Assembly (NCBI GenBank): GCA_050084985.1
Contig: JBITNC010000001.1
Span: 112,468,001 to 112,532,000 of the forward strand
Length of the DNA stretch: 64,000 bases
Direction of reading: 5' to 3'
Source: Nageia nagi
Lineage: Eukaryota; Plantae; Pinophyta
Shown here piece by piece: positions 53,261 to 64,000 of this stretch. Both the position numbers and the translations under genes were made by a program. Every line of letters starts with the position of its first letter. Position 1 is the first letter of the stretch. The notes below the pieces were generated by a model. The model was given only the letters and a program-made list of their open reading frames with translations, was not told the DNA's origin and searched no databases.

Positions 53261-55579
53261 AAAGTATAAAAATAATATTTAGACTACATAGAAATGCAAA
53301 AAAAGAATTAGAGAAATATGTAGCTAGATTCAAGAGTATTAAGATTTATTATTGCATAAGAAAGATATTATAATCACAAGGTGGGTCTATTCTACAGCAT
53401 TGAGTTCGACAACCTTTCTACATAATAAATATAGTCTCCTAGATTATACAATGAAGAGATTATTATAAAATTCATGCATCAATCTTTTAAATAAACTTTT
53501 ATGGAAGTATTTATATAGAAATATATTTCTGTTAGCTTTTAAATGAACTTTGTAACTCCCATGGTGAGTTTATAATGCAAAAAACACTTCAACTTCTCAT
53601 ATACTAGTTTGGACAAGAAACATTGATACTAGGGAACTTGCAGGAAAGCTTAATAAAATATAATAAAAACTATTACAGTCATACTAAGTTAAGATCCTAA
53701 AATATGAAGTGAAAATACTCTTGTATCCTATCATTGGTGATATGCCTATCATTACCAAACAATATATTACTTCTAGGTCTAAGTCAATTTGAGCTTCCCA
53801 AGGTCGATCTTAAGTCATGCCAACAAGTTAGAGACTAATTCGTAGAATAGAACATGTCATATCAACTATAAATAATCCTAGATGATGCTAACATCTCTTT
53901 GACTATCTATTGAATTACTCAAATCCTTTATTTCTTATTAATTTCATTACAAATTAAATATGAAAAACCTTTAATGGAAATTTGATGTGACACACATGAT
54001 CTTCATATGATGGAATATTTTTAATATTATAATACTATATTTATTGAATAAGAAATCAATATACTAGCCAGTATGAAATTGATATTAGAAATTATATTTT
54101 AAAAAGTTTAACATTCAAAAAGGCTAAATTATAATAAATTTGTATATTGAAATATCTAAATTTATTGATTATTCTAATATAAAGTGATATTTGATAAATA
54201 GAGTTTAGAATTTCCAAAAGGTATGATATTATTTTAGTTTTTTCAACCATTTAATTAATATGATAAACTTTATTGATTCAAGATTTAAAATAAGTATCAT
54301 TGACATTACATATATTTTTATGAAGTAGTTAGGTTGTATAGCATGGTTGGGACAATCAACCTTTGCAAAGTAAAGGTAAAGGGAAAGTATAGGTAAACTA
54401 GTATTGCAACCTTATGCAATGTGTACACCATAGATTAATAATTATGATTACTAATTTTAAGTGTTATTTTTATTTAAAGAGATAACATAATCAAAACATT
54501 TAATTAATATGTATTTAATAATAAATAAATAAGTTTCCATTAAGATGTTCAAAAATTCAATTATTTTCTAATATGGAAATAAAAATTAGGTACCTTGGAA
54601 GTAGATGAGTTGAAATCTTTATCTTGGAGATCATTTTCTCTTCCCACAACTCAATCTCTTCATCCTTAATAATTTCCCATCCTCCACATCATTTTCAAAA
54701 ACCCTTATGGTAGGTTAGCATGAGAGGTTGCTCTTGCACTAGACCTGCTAACTTTCTAGAGCAGAAGTGGCCCAATAGTATTGTTATCTCTAAAATACAC
54801 ACAACTAGAAAAAGATTTGAAGATATCTTAAGAAATAAAAAATAGGAACTAGAAAAGAAACTATTCAAGAATGAGGTACCCTTTAGTAGTATTCTACTCT
54901 TCTATAAAGCAATTTAGAAAGCAAATGGAAGGAGAGATGGGAGTGAGATTAGAAATGGTAAGAGAAAAGTTAAATAGTTGATGTAGAAGTGGTGTGATGA
55001 AGTGGTTAATATGTTGATTGTAATGGATATAGAAGCACCCTATTGGTAAAGGTATTTTTACACCTCATTGATTTTACTATTGGTGTAGAAGTAGGAACCA
55101 TCACAATTATACAACTTAATTATTAAGGGAAGCTATGTTGAAACTCATCCAATTTTTACTTATGTGTTCTAAGTTCCAATGCTTAGAAAGTGACTGATAT
55201 TGTATTAATCATGGTTTGAAATTAATAAACCTACACTACATTAGTACTTTTTCATTACTCACTCCATTAATTCTAATAAAACAAGAGTGAAGTACACATC
55301 AAAGTTGTGCTACTCTTTATGTCAAAGTACCTTGTTAATTGTGAGCCCACTAAATAATTTATTGTTCATTGAATGTTCTCTATTTACTTAACAATTTTTT
55401 TCCTTTCCTTTTAATGATTCACTTTTTCCTTCTGCAACCATTTACTCTACAATAGCAGATAATTCTAAAAAAATAATGTTGATAATTAACATCATTATAT
55501 ATTTGTACAAATATTTAGCAACAATAAATTTTAGAAAAATAAATGATGGAATAATGAAATTCAGTATTCATTAATTTAA

Positions 55580-57640
55580 TCACCAATAATCCCCATAAGA
55601 ACATTTTCTACATTTGAAATGAACAAATCGATTCACATCCCTTGTAGCAATATTCCTTATAGTAGTGCTAGGGATAAAGATGGTTGCGAAACTATAGTCA
55701 TCACATAGTCAAAGATTCTTCATAATCTAGTAACATTTGAATAGAATATTTAAGAACCTAAATGCAATTGCTAACATTCATAAGCAATTATTTATCCTCA
55801 TCTTCATATCATTCAATGTAAGGTATTATATTTGGAAATATAAATGCTACCTTCATCTTACTTATAGTTTTTTCAAATCACCATAGATTACATGTCTTAA
55901 ATCTATATCCTATAACAAAACATGAATAATCATATCAACTTCAATCTAAATAAAATCAAAAGTTTCTTATTTTATCTATGTTTCATCAATGATACTTACT
56001 CAGAACATCATCCTTAATACCCAATTTAGTAGAAATATTTGAAAGTAGAACATATGATGTAGTATATTTATCTCCAACAAAAATAATTGTTACCATTTAA
56101 TCCCTACTCCTACATCATAAGTGATGTACATGTACCAAGAATACTATCATTGTGCATCCGAATTTGGTGCACTTAAATAGCAAAATAAATCAACAATACA
56201 TGCATAATAATCTACCAAGGAATAATTATAATTAAGAGTTGCTATAGCACAATTCTACTAATCCTTCATGGCTATTTGTAAGTACAATACATAAACATGT
56301 TATGCCATTTACATGGCTATTTGCAACCACTCTTTGATGGATTTCTACACCTTCTTCTAGAGTTCCCAATATGGTGCACCTTGGAAGGATACAACAAAGG
56401 TTGTGCGATTGGGATATACTCTTGAAAATTGTACCTACCTAAAATTCTCTCATGTTATCCATATTTTTTGATTGCTATGCATCATGATTATTTAACAATT
56501 ACATGCATCTCATCAAATAAATCACTTGTATTCTCTATGTTTCATCTTACTCCATAGGTTTTTCAAATCACCATATATCTCATGTGTAAAATCTATCTCC
56601 TATAATAAAAGCATGAATATTCTATCAACTTCAATCTAAATACATCCAAGATTGTTCTTATTTCCTCTTTCTTTCATCAATGTACTTACTTGGAACATCA
56701 TCCTTTCTACCATGTCTAGCAGAAATATTTGAAAGGAGAACATATGATGGAGTATATTTAGTCTCTAACAAAAATAATTGTTACCATGTAATCCTTGCTC
56801 CTACATTCATAAGTGGTGTACATGTACCAAGAAGACTTCATTATGCACCTAATTTGGTGCAATTGAACATTGCATGCACTATAGTCTTCATAGGAATAAT
56901 TATAATAAGAGTTGCTATAGTAACCCATTTGCTAATCCTTCTTGGCTATTTACAAGAATAGCACATAAACATGCTATGCTATTTACATGGCTATTTGCAA
57001 CCACTCTTTGAGGGATTTCTACACCTTCTTCTATAATTCCCATCATGGTGCATGCTAGAAGGATACCAAAAAGGTTAAGGGGTTTGGATTTACTCTTGAA
57101 AACTATACCTACTTAAAATTCTCTCATGTTATCCATATATTTCAATCACTGCTTGTTGTGAGGCTATAACTATTGCATCCATCTCATCAAATAACTCACA
57201 TGCATTCTCTATGTTTCACATTTTGTATACACTTCTACTAGTGTATTCATGATTATAGCATCTAATCTTCTTTAAAATATCCTTTATAGTAGGCTTTGAT
57301 GGTGTTCAGAAAGGTGGATAAGAGATGCTTCAACAACCCAAGCATAATGCCAACTATCCAAGTTGCTAGCAAAGTAGCCATCCTCAACCCCCACATAAAG
57401 TTAATAGACACAAGACATGATAAATCAATGCTCCAAAGAATTTACATCATTCAAAATCATCTTAAAATGATTAATAATATTTGATTAAACATTATGCATT
57501 CTTCCTCTCCAAAGAAAATATCTGTGATGTAAATATAACTCTCCCAAGTGCATAAACAACTTTTATTATCAAATATAACTAATTTTTATTCCAAAATAAT
57601 GTTCACACATATACAAAGGAAGCTTAAACATATACCTTGT
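55580..57640 (-). pseudogene. PPR E/DYW pseudogene, copy 4, with an internal ~690-bp tandem duplication
   Basis: The DYW tail translates MKNL*LCDDYSFATIFIPSTTIRNIATRDVNRFVHFKCRKCSYGDYW*. The PPR/E segment 55853-56543 is repeated at 56544-57220. Confidence 0.88.
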
Positions 57641-58003
57641 CTATAGAAAATCAAACATTAGTATTTTAAAATTAATAACTTATGTGCATACAAAAAATAT
57701 GAACAAGTTAAAAATAAAAAGTAAGAAACAAATAATATGAAATTATATTGACTAAATTTTACATAAAATTTTTATTGAATACAAAATATGGAAAATATAA
57801 TCCAACACATGGAAATGCTTTTGAATTAAACACTTATATACTTTGGTTTTTTGTGATAAAATAATAACCATTTCTTTTCAGCATAAACTTGCTATATCTA
57901 CAATTCATATGAAACTTATGGGCAAGTATCTAGCAATGAGCTAAAGGAAAATATGAATACATCATGGAAAGAAGAGCTAGAGGAGAAAATATGGTATCAA
58001 AAC

Positions 58004-58343
58004 CAACAAAGGAATGGCCCTCACTCAAGAAATCCACTCTCACAATAAGTGCTTTCTGTTTGAATGAATAGTTTACTTGTTGGCTAGCACTTGCTTCCAA
58101 ACTAGTAGACTCTGTTGCCGGTTGTTCCGGTTGGGGAACGAACCTCTCTATTATTATGGATTCAAGCTATGCTTATGCTTCTCATAGATATTTGGAGAGT
58201 AATTGGAGGGCCAAATTCTCTCCATAGTTGAGAAATGAGAACACGAAGCTAAGCCTGGAGCGAGCTATTAGTTAGTCATCTTTCATAATGATAGGGCTCA
58301 CAACTATGTCCACTGTTGAATCAAAGTCGAATAGAGGATAAAC
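58004..58343. mobile_element. 340-bp insertion with a 14-bp target-site duplication
   Basis: tatggtatcaaaac occurs at 57990-58003 and 58344-58357. The paralogous sites (about 9119, 22128, 41323) are empty, and the insert retains CpGs. Confidence 0.8.
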
Positions 58344-60369
58344 TATGGTATCAAAACTTAAGAAGGTTTATGAGGACATATGAAATAATTACAAACCAAT
58401 ATTTTACCATACCTCTCTTGTTATTTGAAAATTTAAGGTTAGTATTCATAGTGTTCATAGTTTCTCTACTCTTATTTTGATCCAGCTAGTGGTCCCATCA
58501 CATTTCTGTTAGGGAGTTACATCTATAGAATGTTGGTCATTGTATTTTAGGAAGAACAACATTGTAAGGTAGAGATTAGGGAGGTGAAGATATATGACCA
58601 CACTAAAGAAACTACTCCTCTCAAAGCTTGAATGTAAGATTAATCACCTAGGAATATACATTATCTTCTTACCAAGAAGAATACAATATGTATTGAACTG
58701 AAACCATTTGATTGCCAAATCTAACATGTAAGTGTTACTTATGTGTTCCTTGAATAAATAATACTAATGGGTTGCAATAGTATTTATAAGTGATAAGAAG
58801 TGAATGGCAGACCCATAATGTTGGTAGTTTATGATTTGTACTTGATGGAGGTTGCATGGATGCAAGCCCCCTCTTTCATAAATTATGACATTCACTATAA
58901 ACATTGGGAGATGCTAGGAAGAACCCCATCCCAAGTGCAATGTAAGTGCCCTACCTAGTTCATCAACCTTTCTAATCACCCATTGACCCTATCTAGGTAA
59001 GTATATTTTCATGCTTCTCCTTCCCTCCCATTTATCCTCTCTCCTCTTTCCCTCTCCCTCGGTACTCTTACATGTGGGATCATCATGCAACATGGAAACT
59101 TAAAATCATTCATTTTTTTTTTTTAGGATAGAGAGTATTGCTAACATATAAATATTTTTTTTCGTTAATTCAAGGTGTTGTTGTAGGCTATCCTAGATTC
59201 AATGTTATATAAAGGTATAATATAACATCTCAGCTAGATAAAGAACATGTGTAGGAAATGAATTATATTTTAATCCTATATTGAGTTTCTCCTTAGAGAA
59301 TAATTAATCATCTACATACATGTTATTTTTATCACATATGGTAATATAGATTTTAAAAAGATGTAAAATCCATTGTATGTTTAGAATTTATATGCAATCA
59401 TATTGTAATCTGTATATTTAAAAACATCTATTTTTCATTTGAGATAGCTAATATGAAAATTAGAGTTAACTAACTATTTCAATAATTTTTTATTATAAAA
59501 ATCTAATAATACATTATCATATTAATAATACGTTATTATAATAACTTAACATAGTACTTTATGATTATATTGTAATGTATTTTTTAGTTTTTTTGTTAGT
59601 TTAATAAAGTTAGTATGATTTTTATACATTTTTATTTTCCATATAAATTATACTTGAAGAAATGTGACATTATATTCTTGCATAGTGCTCTAAATTTTTT
59701 AACTCATAATGATTGAGGGAGAAATCCATCATATTTTAGTAGGATACAAAGATGATGCAACATATTTATTATTTTTAATACATTTCAATAGTTATATTAT
59801 AATTTATATCCATGATGTCCTTATGCATTATTAAGAGTATATATCATATGTAGATACTTTATTTTATTACTATATTTTCTACTAATATGATTATAAATTA
59901 CTAGAGTAAAATAACATGAAAATACATATATCAAAGTGAATATGTGAAAATTTCATATTCTAATGTAATAGTTGAATTCATAAATTATAATAAATTTTCA
60001 TTTCATAAATATTTAACTATATATTTCTTTACTATAAATTTTATGTATGAATTAAAAATATAATTCATATATGTAATCTCTTGAAACTAATGAATGTAAA
60101 TTATTTCTCATTTATTCATGATCCTATAATTTTTTTATGTATAATCTGAAAACTTACATGATAATAAAATAAATAAATAATAATAATAATGTAAGCATAA
60201 TGATCAAAAATTAATTGTGAAAAATTATCTTAATTTGTAGAGACAATTTGAAAATAAATGAAAATAACTATATCGTTATGCACATATAGATTTTTTTTTA
60301 ATATTTATAATCGGAAAATATAATATGTAGTATTAGTAAAAATATTTTATCAAACATAATAATTTTAAA

Positions 60370-61214
60370 TTGATGGAAATGATTGTGAAAATAAATATTT
60401 ATTGTAAATATAATATTCTTGTAATCATAAGACATTAATTATGTGTTTGCACCTATAGGAATTGTAATATAATTAAATATTTTTTATATTCTTCAAAGAA
60501 AGATTATTGAATTCAATCAAATAAAAAATTAAAGTAAATAATAAGATAAAAGCTGAAATACACTTTTTTAGATATATCATCAGAAAAGAAAATAACATCC
60601 ACATAAGAAATATTAACATTCAAATGGAAAATGTTATATTCAATCAAATAAAAATTATTATATACAATAATTACGAATAAAATTAAAGAATAATACACTA
60701 ACGGAAAGTATTCTATAAAAATAAGTTTACATCTATTTCAGAGTATGATTTTGAACTATCATTTTTTAAAAGATCATATTTATAAATAATAACACAAGTT
60801 ATTATGGTAAATTTATTTTTGATACAATTTAATACATTAGATATTTGTTATAAGTTTTTTATATTACATAAAAACATCTTATTTATCATTTAAATGATTA
60901 GTTTAAAGTTATAGTATCTTAATATGCAATATTAATATAATGATAGCACATGTGGCCATGTAAAACAAAAAAAATCCAAAAACAATAAAAAAATAAATCC
61001 AAAGGCTAAAATCTATTTCATGGTTGGCCTGCTCTCTAGCAAATGCTTAATTATCGATTTGAAAATGAGCTTCCAAAACTTAAAGGAGGACACCTAGGGC
61101 AAAATGAAAATTAGCTTCCAAAGCTCAATGGAGGATGCCTACATTGTAAATATATTAACATCTACTAAAAATAAACCATCTATGGGAAAACTTAAAAAAA
61201 TCATTACATAACAT
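60370..61214 (-). repeat. Copy of the type-A 2OGD 3' flank with no gene attached
   Basis: Aligns to 24920-25665 and 44580-45198, then switches into LINE ORF1 at 61208-61214. Confidence 0.8.
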
Positions 61215-62205
61215 TTATGTTGTTCTTGTATGGGTCAATTTACCTAATTTACCATCATATTATTTGGATATGAGTATGATTGTTGGAATTACTAATATAG
61301 TAGGATTGTTCTTCTCAATTGAAAAAAATTGTAAGAATTGAGAATAGAATGAAGGAAGCTAAGTTTTATGTTAACACTAATATTACAAAGGAATTAAGGT
61401 AAAATATCTATATAGAGGAGGAAGGTGGAGAAACTTGGGAACAAGAAAAAGTTTATGAATATATGCCTACTAGATGTAGCATATGTAGAAAATTTGATTA
61501 CTATGCTAAGGAATGTTTGGATAAGAAAAAGAAAGAGAAGATGAAAGTCCCTAAGTCTTAGGAAGAGTGGAATACCCATGTGCAAATGAATCATGGATTA
61601 TAGAGAAATGATTAATTTTAAGCAAAGGGAGGTGGAGAAAATCTTATAAGGCTAACCACTTATGAAACTAGGAACCTATTTCATTCTTCAAATCCAAATG
61701 AAGGTATTAAAATAGCTAAAATTAAAGAGTAAAAGAGTTTCCATTGTCAATTATAGATAGAAACATAATAATTGGTAATGAGGAAATGGAGGATGCCAAA
61801 AGTAAGAAGACACAAATAAGTGAAATAGAAAATATAAAAAAAATAAGAAATTAGATCAAGATAGGTCATAAGAGGTGATGGAAAAATAGGAAAAGATCAA
61901 GAAATGGAGGTTGATGATGGAAAGACAACACCCACAAAAGATATTTTGATAATACAATGAGAAAAACATAAGATATAGGTAAAGGACATATGGTGAAGAT
62001 GTCAAATTATGAAGTAAGAATATAGGAGACAAAGATGAAGAATGATAAGATGGTATAAGTGAAAAAGAAAGTTCAAAGGGAGTATATTTTTTATAGGGGG
62101 AATAAGATTCCCTGTCAATCGATCTATTTAGATTATGAAACCCGACTACTATAAAAGTAACTCCCTATCCTAATACATCTAAAAGATATCTTCATTCACA
62201 TAGTA
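61208..62205 (+). mobile_element. Decayed LINE ORF1 remnant, copy 6 (5' truncated)
   Basis: VLVWVNLPNLPSYY; EQEKVYEYMPTRCSICRKFDYYAKEC matches a CX2CX4HX4C knuckle with His replaced by Tyr. Confidence 0.8.
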
Positions 62206-63742
62206 AAATAATATTTTTCAACTACATCCTATAGAAAATAAACCAATAAACAAGAAATCATGCATAAGTAAATAATTCCAATCAATTCTTTAAATACTTA
62301 TTTAGTTTATGTACATTTTAAAAATAATATAATTCATATGTTAAATTATCACTATTTTATTAAAGATATTGATGTAGAAAAACATATAACAAATAAAATT
62401 AGATATTACCATAATCATTTTTCTCATTATTTCTAAAAACTAGAATCATGTTTATAATTTAATATTTGATATAAGAAAATAATATTTAAGGAAAACTTAA
62501 CCTATATGTCTTTAAATGTCTAATATTACTTTAACATATTTTAAAAGATAGCATTTATAATGAATAACATAAATGTTACTAATAATTTTTTTAAATAATT
62601 GTATTTATTCCTTTATAGTTGTTACTTTTTATTATTATATAAATTTTATAATTAAATAGTTTGTTATCATTGTTAGTTGTATGATGTATCTATCTCCAAG
62701 CATTTTTATCACTTTGGCATTGGAATAAAAAAAAATATATTTTATATACTTTTGTATAAATGAATAATTTTTAACCATTTCAAACTAATCATGCAGTTTA
62801 TTTTTTGGATGGTATATGGAACTAGTCCATCAAACATGTGTGAGACTAGCACTATTTAAGACAACAAATGTACGAGTTTCATAACTCTTTTCAATTTTTC
62901 AAATAATAGTGTACACTTTAGAAAACTATCTTGATGTTATTCACTCATGTTCTTATTGATGTTGTTCACTCTTGTTATTCTCTTCAGATATAGTTGTGGT
63001 GACATAGTTTAAAAATTTAAGATGTTTAGAGATCTATACATTTCTCATGTTTTTCCATGTGAAATAAAAAAAGAAATAGAAAATTAAATTGAAATGTTAA
63101 AAACACACTTTAATTGCTGTAGACTGAAAATGAGCTGTGAAAGCTCAATAGGGGACTATGGCCTAATGAAATAATCATTTTTAAAGAATTATAGTTAAAC
63201 ATAAAATAAATAAAAAATAATTTATTTTTTAATTTAACTTTGAATACATTTTGAATTTTTTTTTAAATAATTGTATAATTATTCATCATCCGTATGCTTT
63301 TTTCTTGTATTTCTCTATGATTATTTGCCATATCATTTGTAAAATATAAATACCTTCAAATGAATATAAATCAATATTCTAAATAGTAATAATAATATGA
63401 TATATAAACCATTAGAAAAAAATTACACATAAGATAACTACTATTATAATAGCAACAAAATATATCTAATACTTTTAAATGAAATTTATTGAATAGTTTA
63501 TGTTTAATTTAATTATGTTGGTAGTCCACCTTAGAAGTTTTGAGAAAGCCAAGTTAAGTCTCTTACCCCAACTTAATTAGAAAAAAATTTCCTATTCACT
63601 CAACTTGAAAATGAAATTATAAATAATCAAATTTTAATAAAAAAAAATTATTATAAATTTATCCATTTCTAATTTTGGTTTAGCCTTCAAGTTGAAAAAT
63701 TGAGTTTCAAATTCCAATCCTCATGGTAAAATAATTTAAAAA

Positions 63743-63915
63743 TGTAGCTTACACACACCTGTAACTTCTCATTGATAATTTGTAATTATGGAATTTGAAG
63801 AAGAGACACAATCTATAACCCTATGTATCTATGAAGTAGGTTCTTAAATTATTATCCAAGGTTGCTAATTGCTAGATGTTGAGGCTCTATATGTATGGAA
63901 ATGTCATCCACATAG
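63743..63915 (-). pseudogene. Relic 2OGD last-exon end plus 3'UTR fragment
   Basis: gacacaatctataaccctatgtatctat matches 25803-25830; the surrounding sequence is indel-rich. Confidence 0.6.
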
Positions 63916-64000
63916 TTAATATATTTCACAAAATAGAATCCAAATAAAAATAAAGAATGTGCTAAATTCAAGAGTTGAGATTTATTATTGCATTAGAAAG

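Noticed and set aside
57991-58000. tggtatca as an LTR primer-binding site
   Set aside because: No adjacent LTR; it is part of the target duplication and is also present at empty paralogous sites.
1-64000. Fungal repeat-induced point mutation as the cause of the AT-rich decay
   Set aside because: The gene content (PPR-DYW, DOXC 2OGD, DUF4283-type LINE) is plant-like, and the losses fit CG/CHG methyl-cytosine deamination.

Overview
This is very AT-rich plant nuclear DNA, probably from a large-genome gymnosperm (inferred from the dioxygenase type and the heavy CG/CHG depletion, not demonstrated). I find no intact gene. The window is a head-to-tail array of about five degenerate copies of a 10-22 kb mosaic unit (approx. 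1-11575, 11578-33223, 33224-50080, 50081-61214, 61215-64000+). The fullest unit order is: upstream region of a type-B 2-oxoglutarate/Fe(II) dioxygenase (2OGD) gene; a decayed L1-type LINE ORF1 (+); a relic 2OGD exon-3/3'UTR fragment (-); an unidentified spliced-gene relic (-); a PPR E/DYW pseudogene (-); a type-A 2OGD gene (-); a 2-kb non-autonomous LTR element; and a type-B 2OGD gene (-). Three 3-exon 2OGD pseudogenes are recognisable (25809-26890, 32406-33140, 45319-46371), all disabled. I see no evidence for a new functional system. The most notable points are the co-amplified 2OGD/PPR-DYW mosaic array with microhomology junctions, the small LTR element with an unidentified ORF, a multimerised ~50-bp motif upstream of the 2OGD genes, CpG-retaining gene islands in a CpG-erased background, and a young 340-bp insertion with a 14-bp target-site duplication. 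Coordinates of decayed elements are approximate, and all alignments were done by eye.
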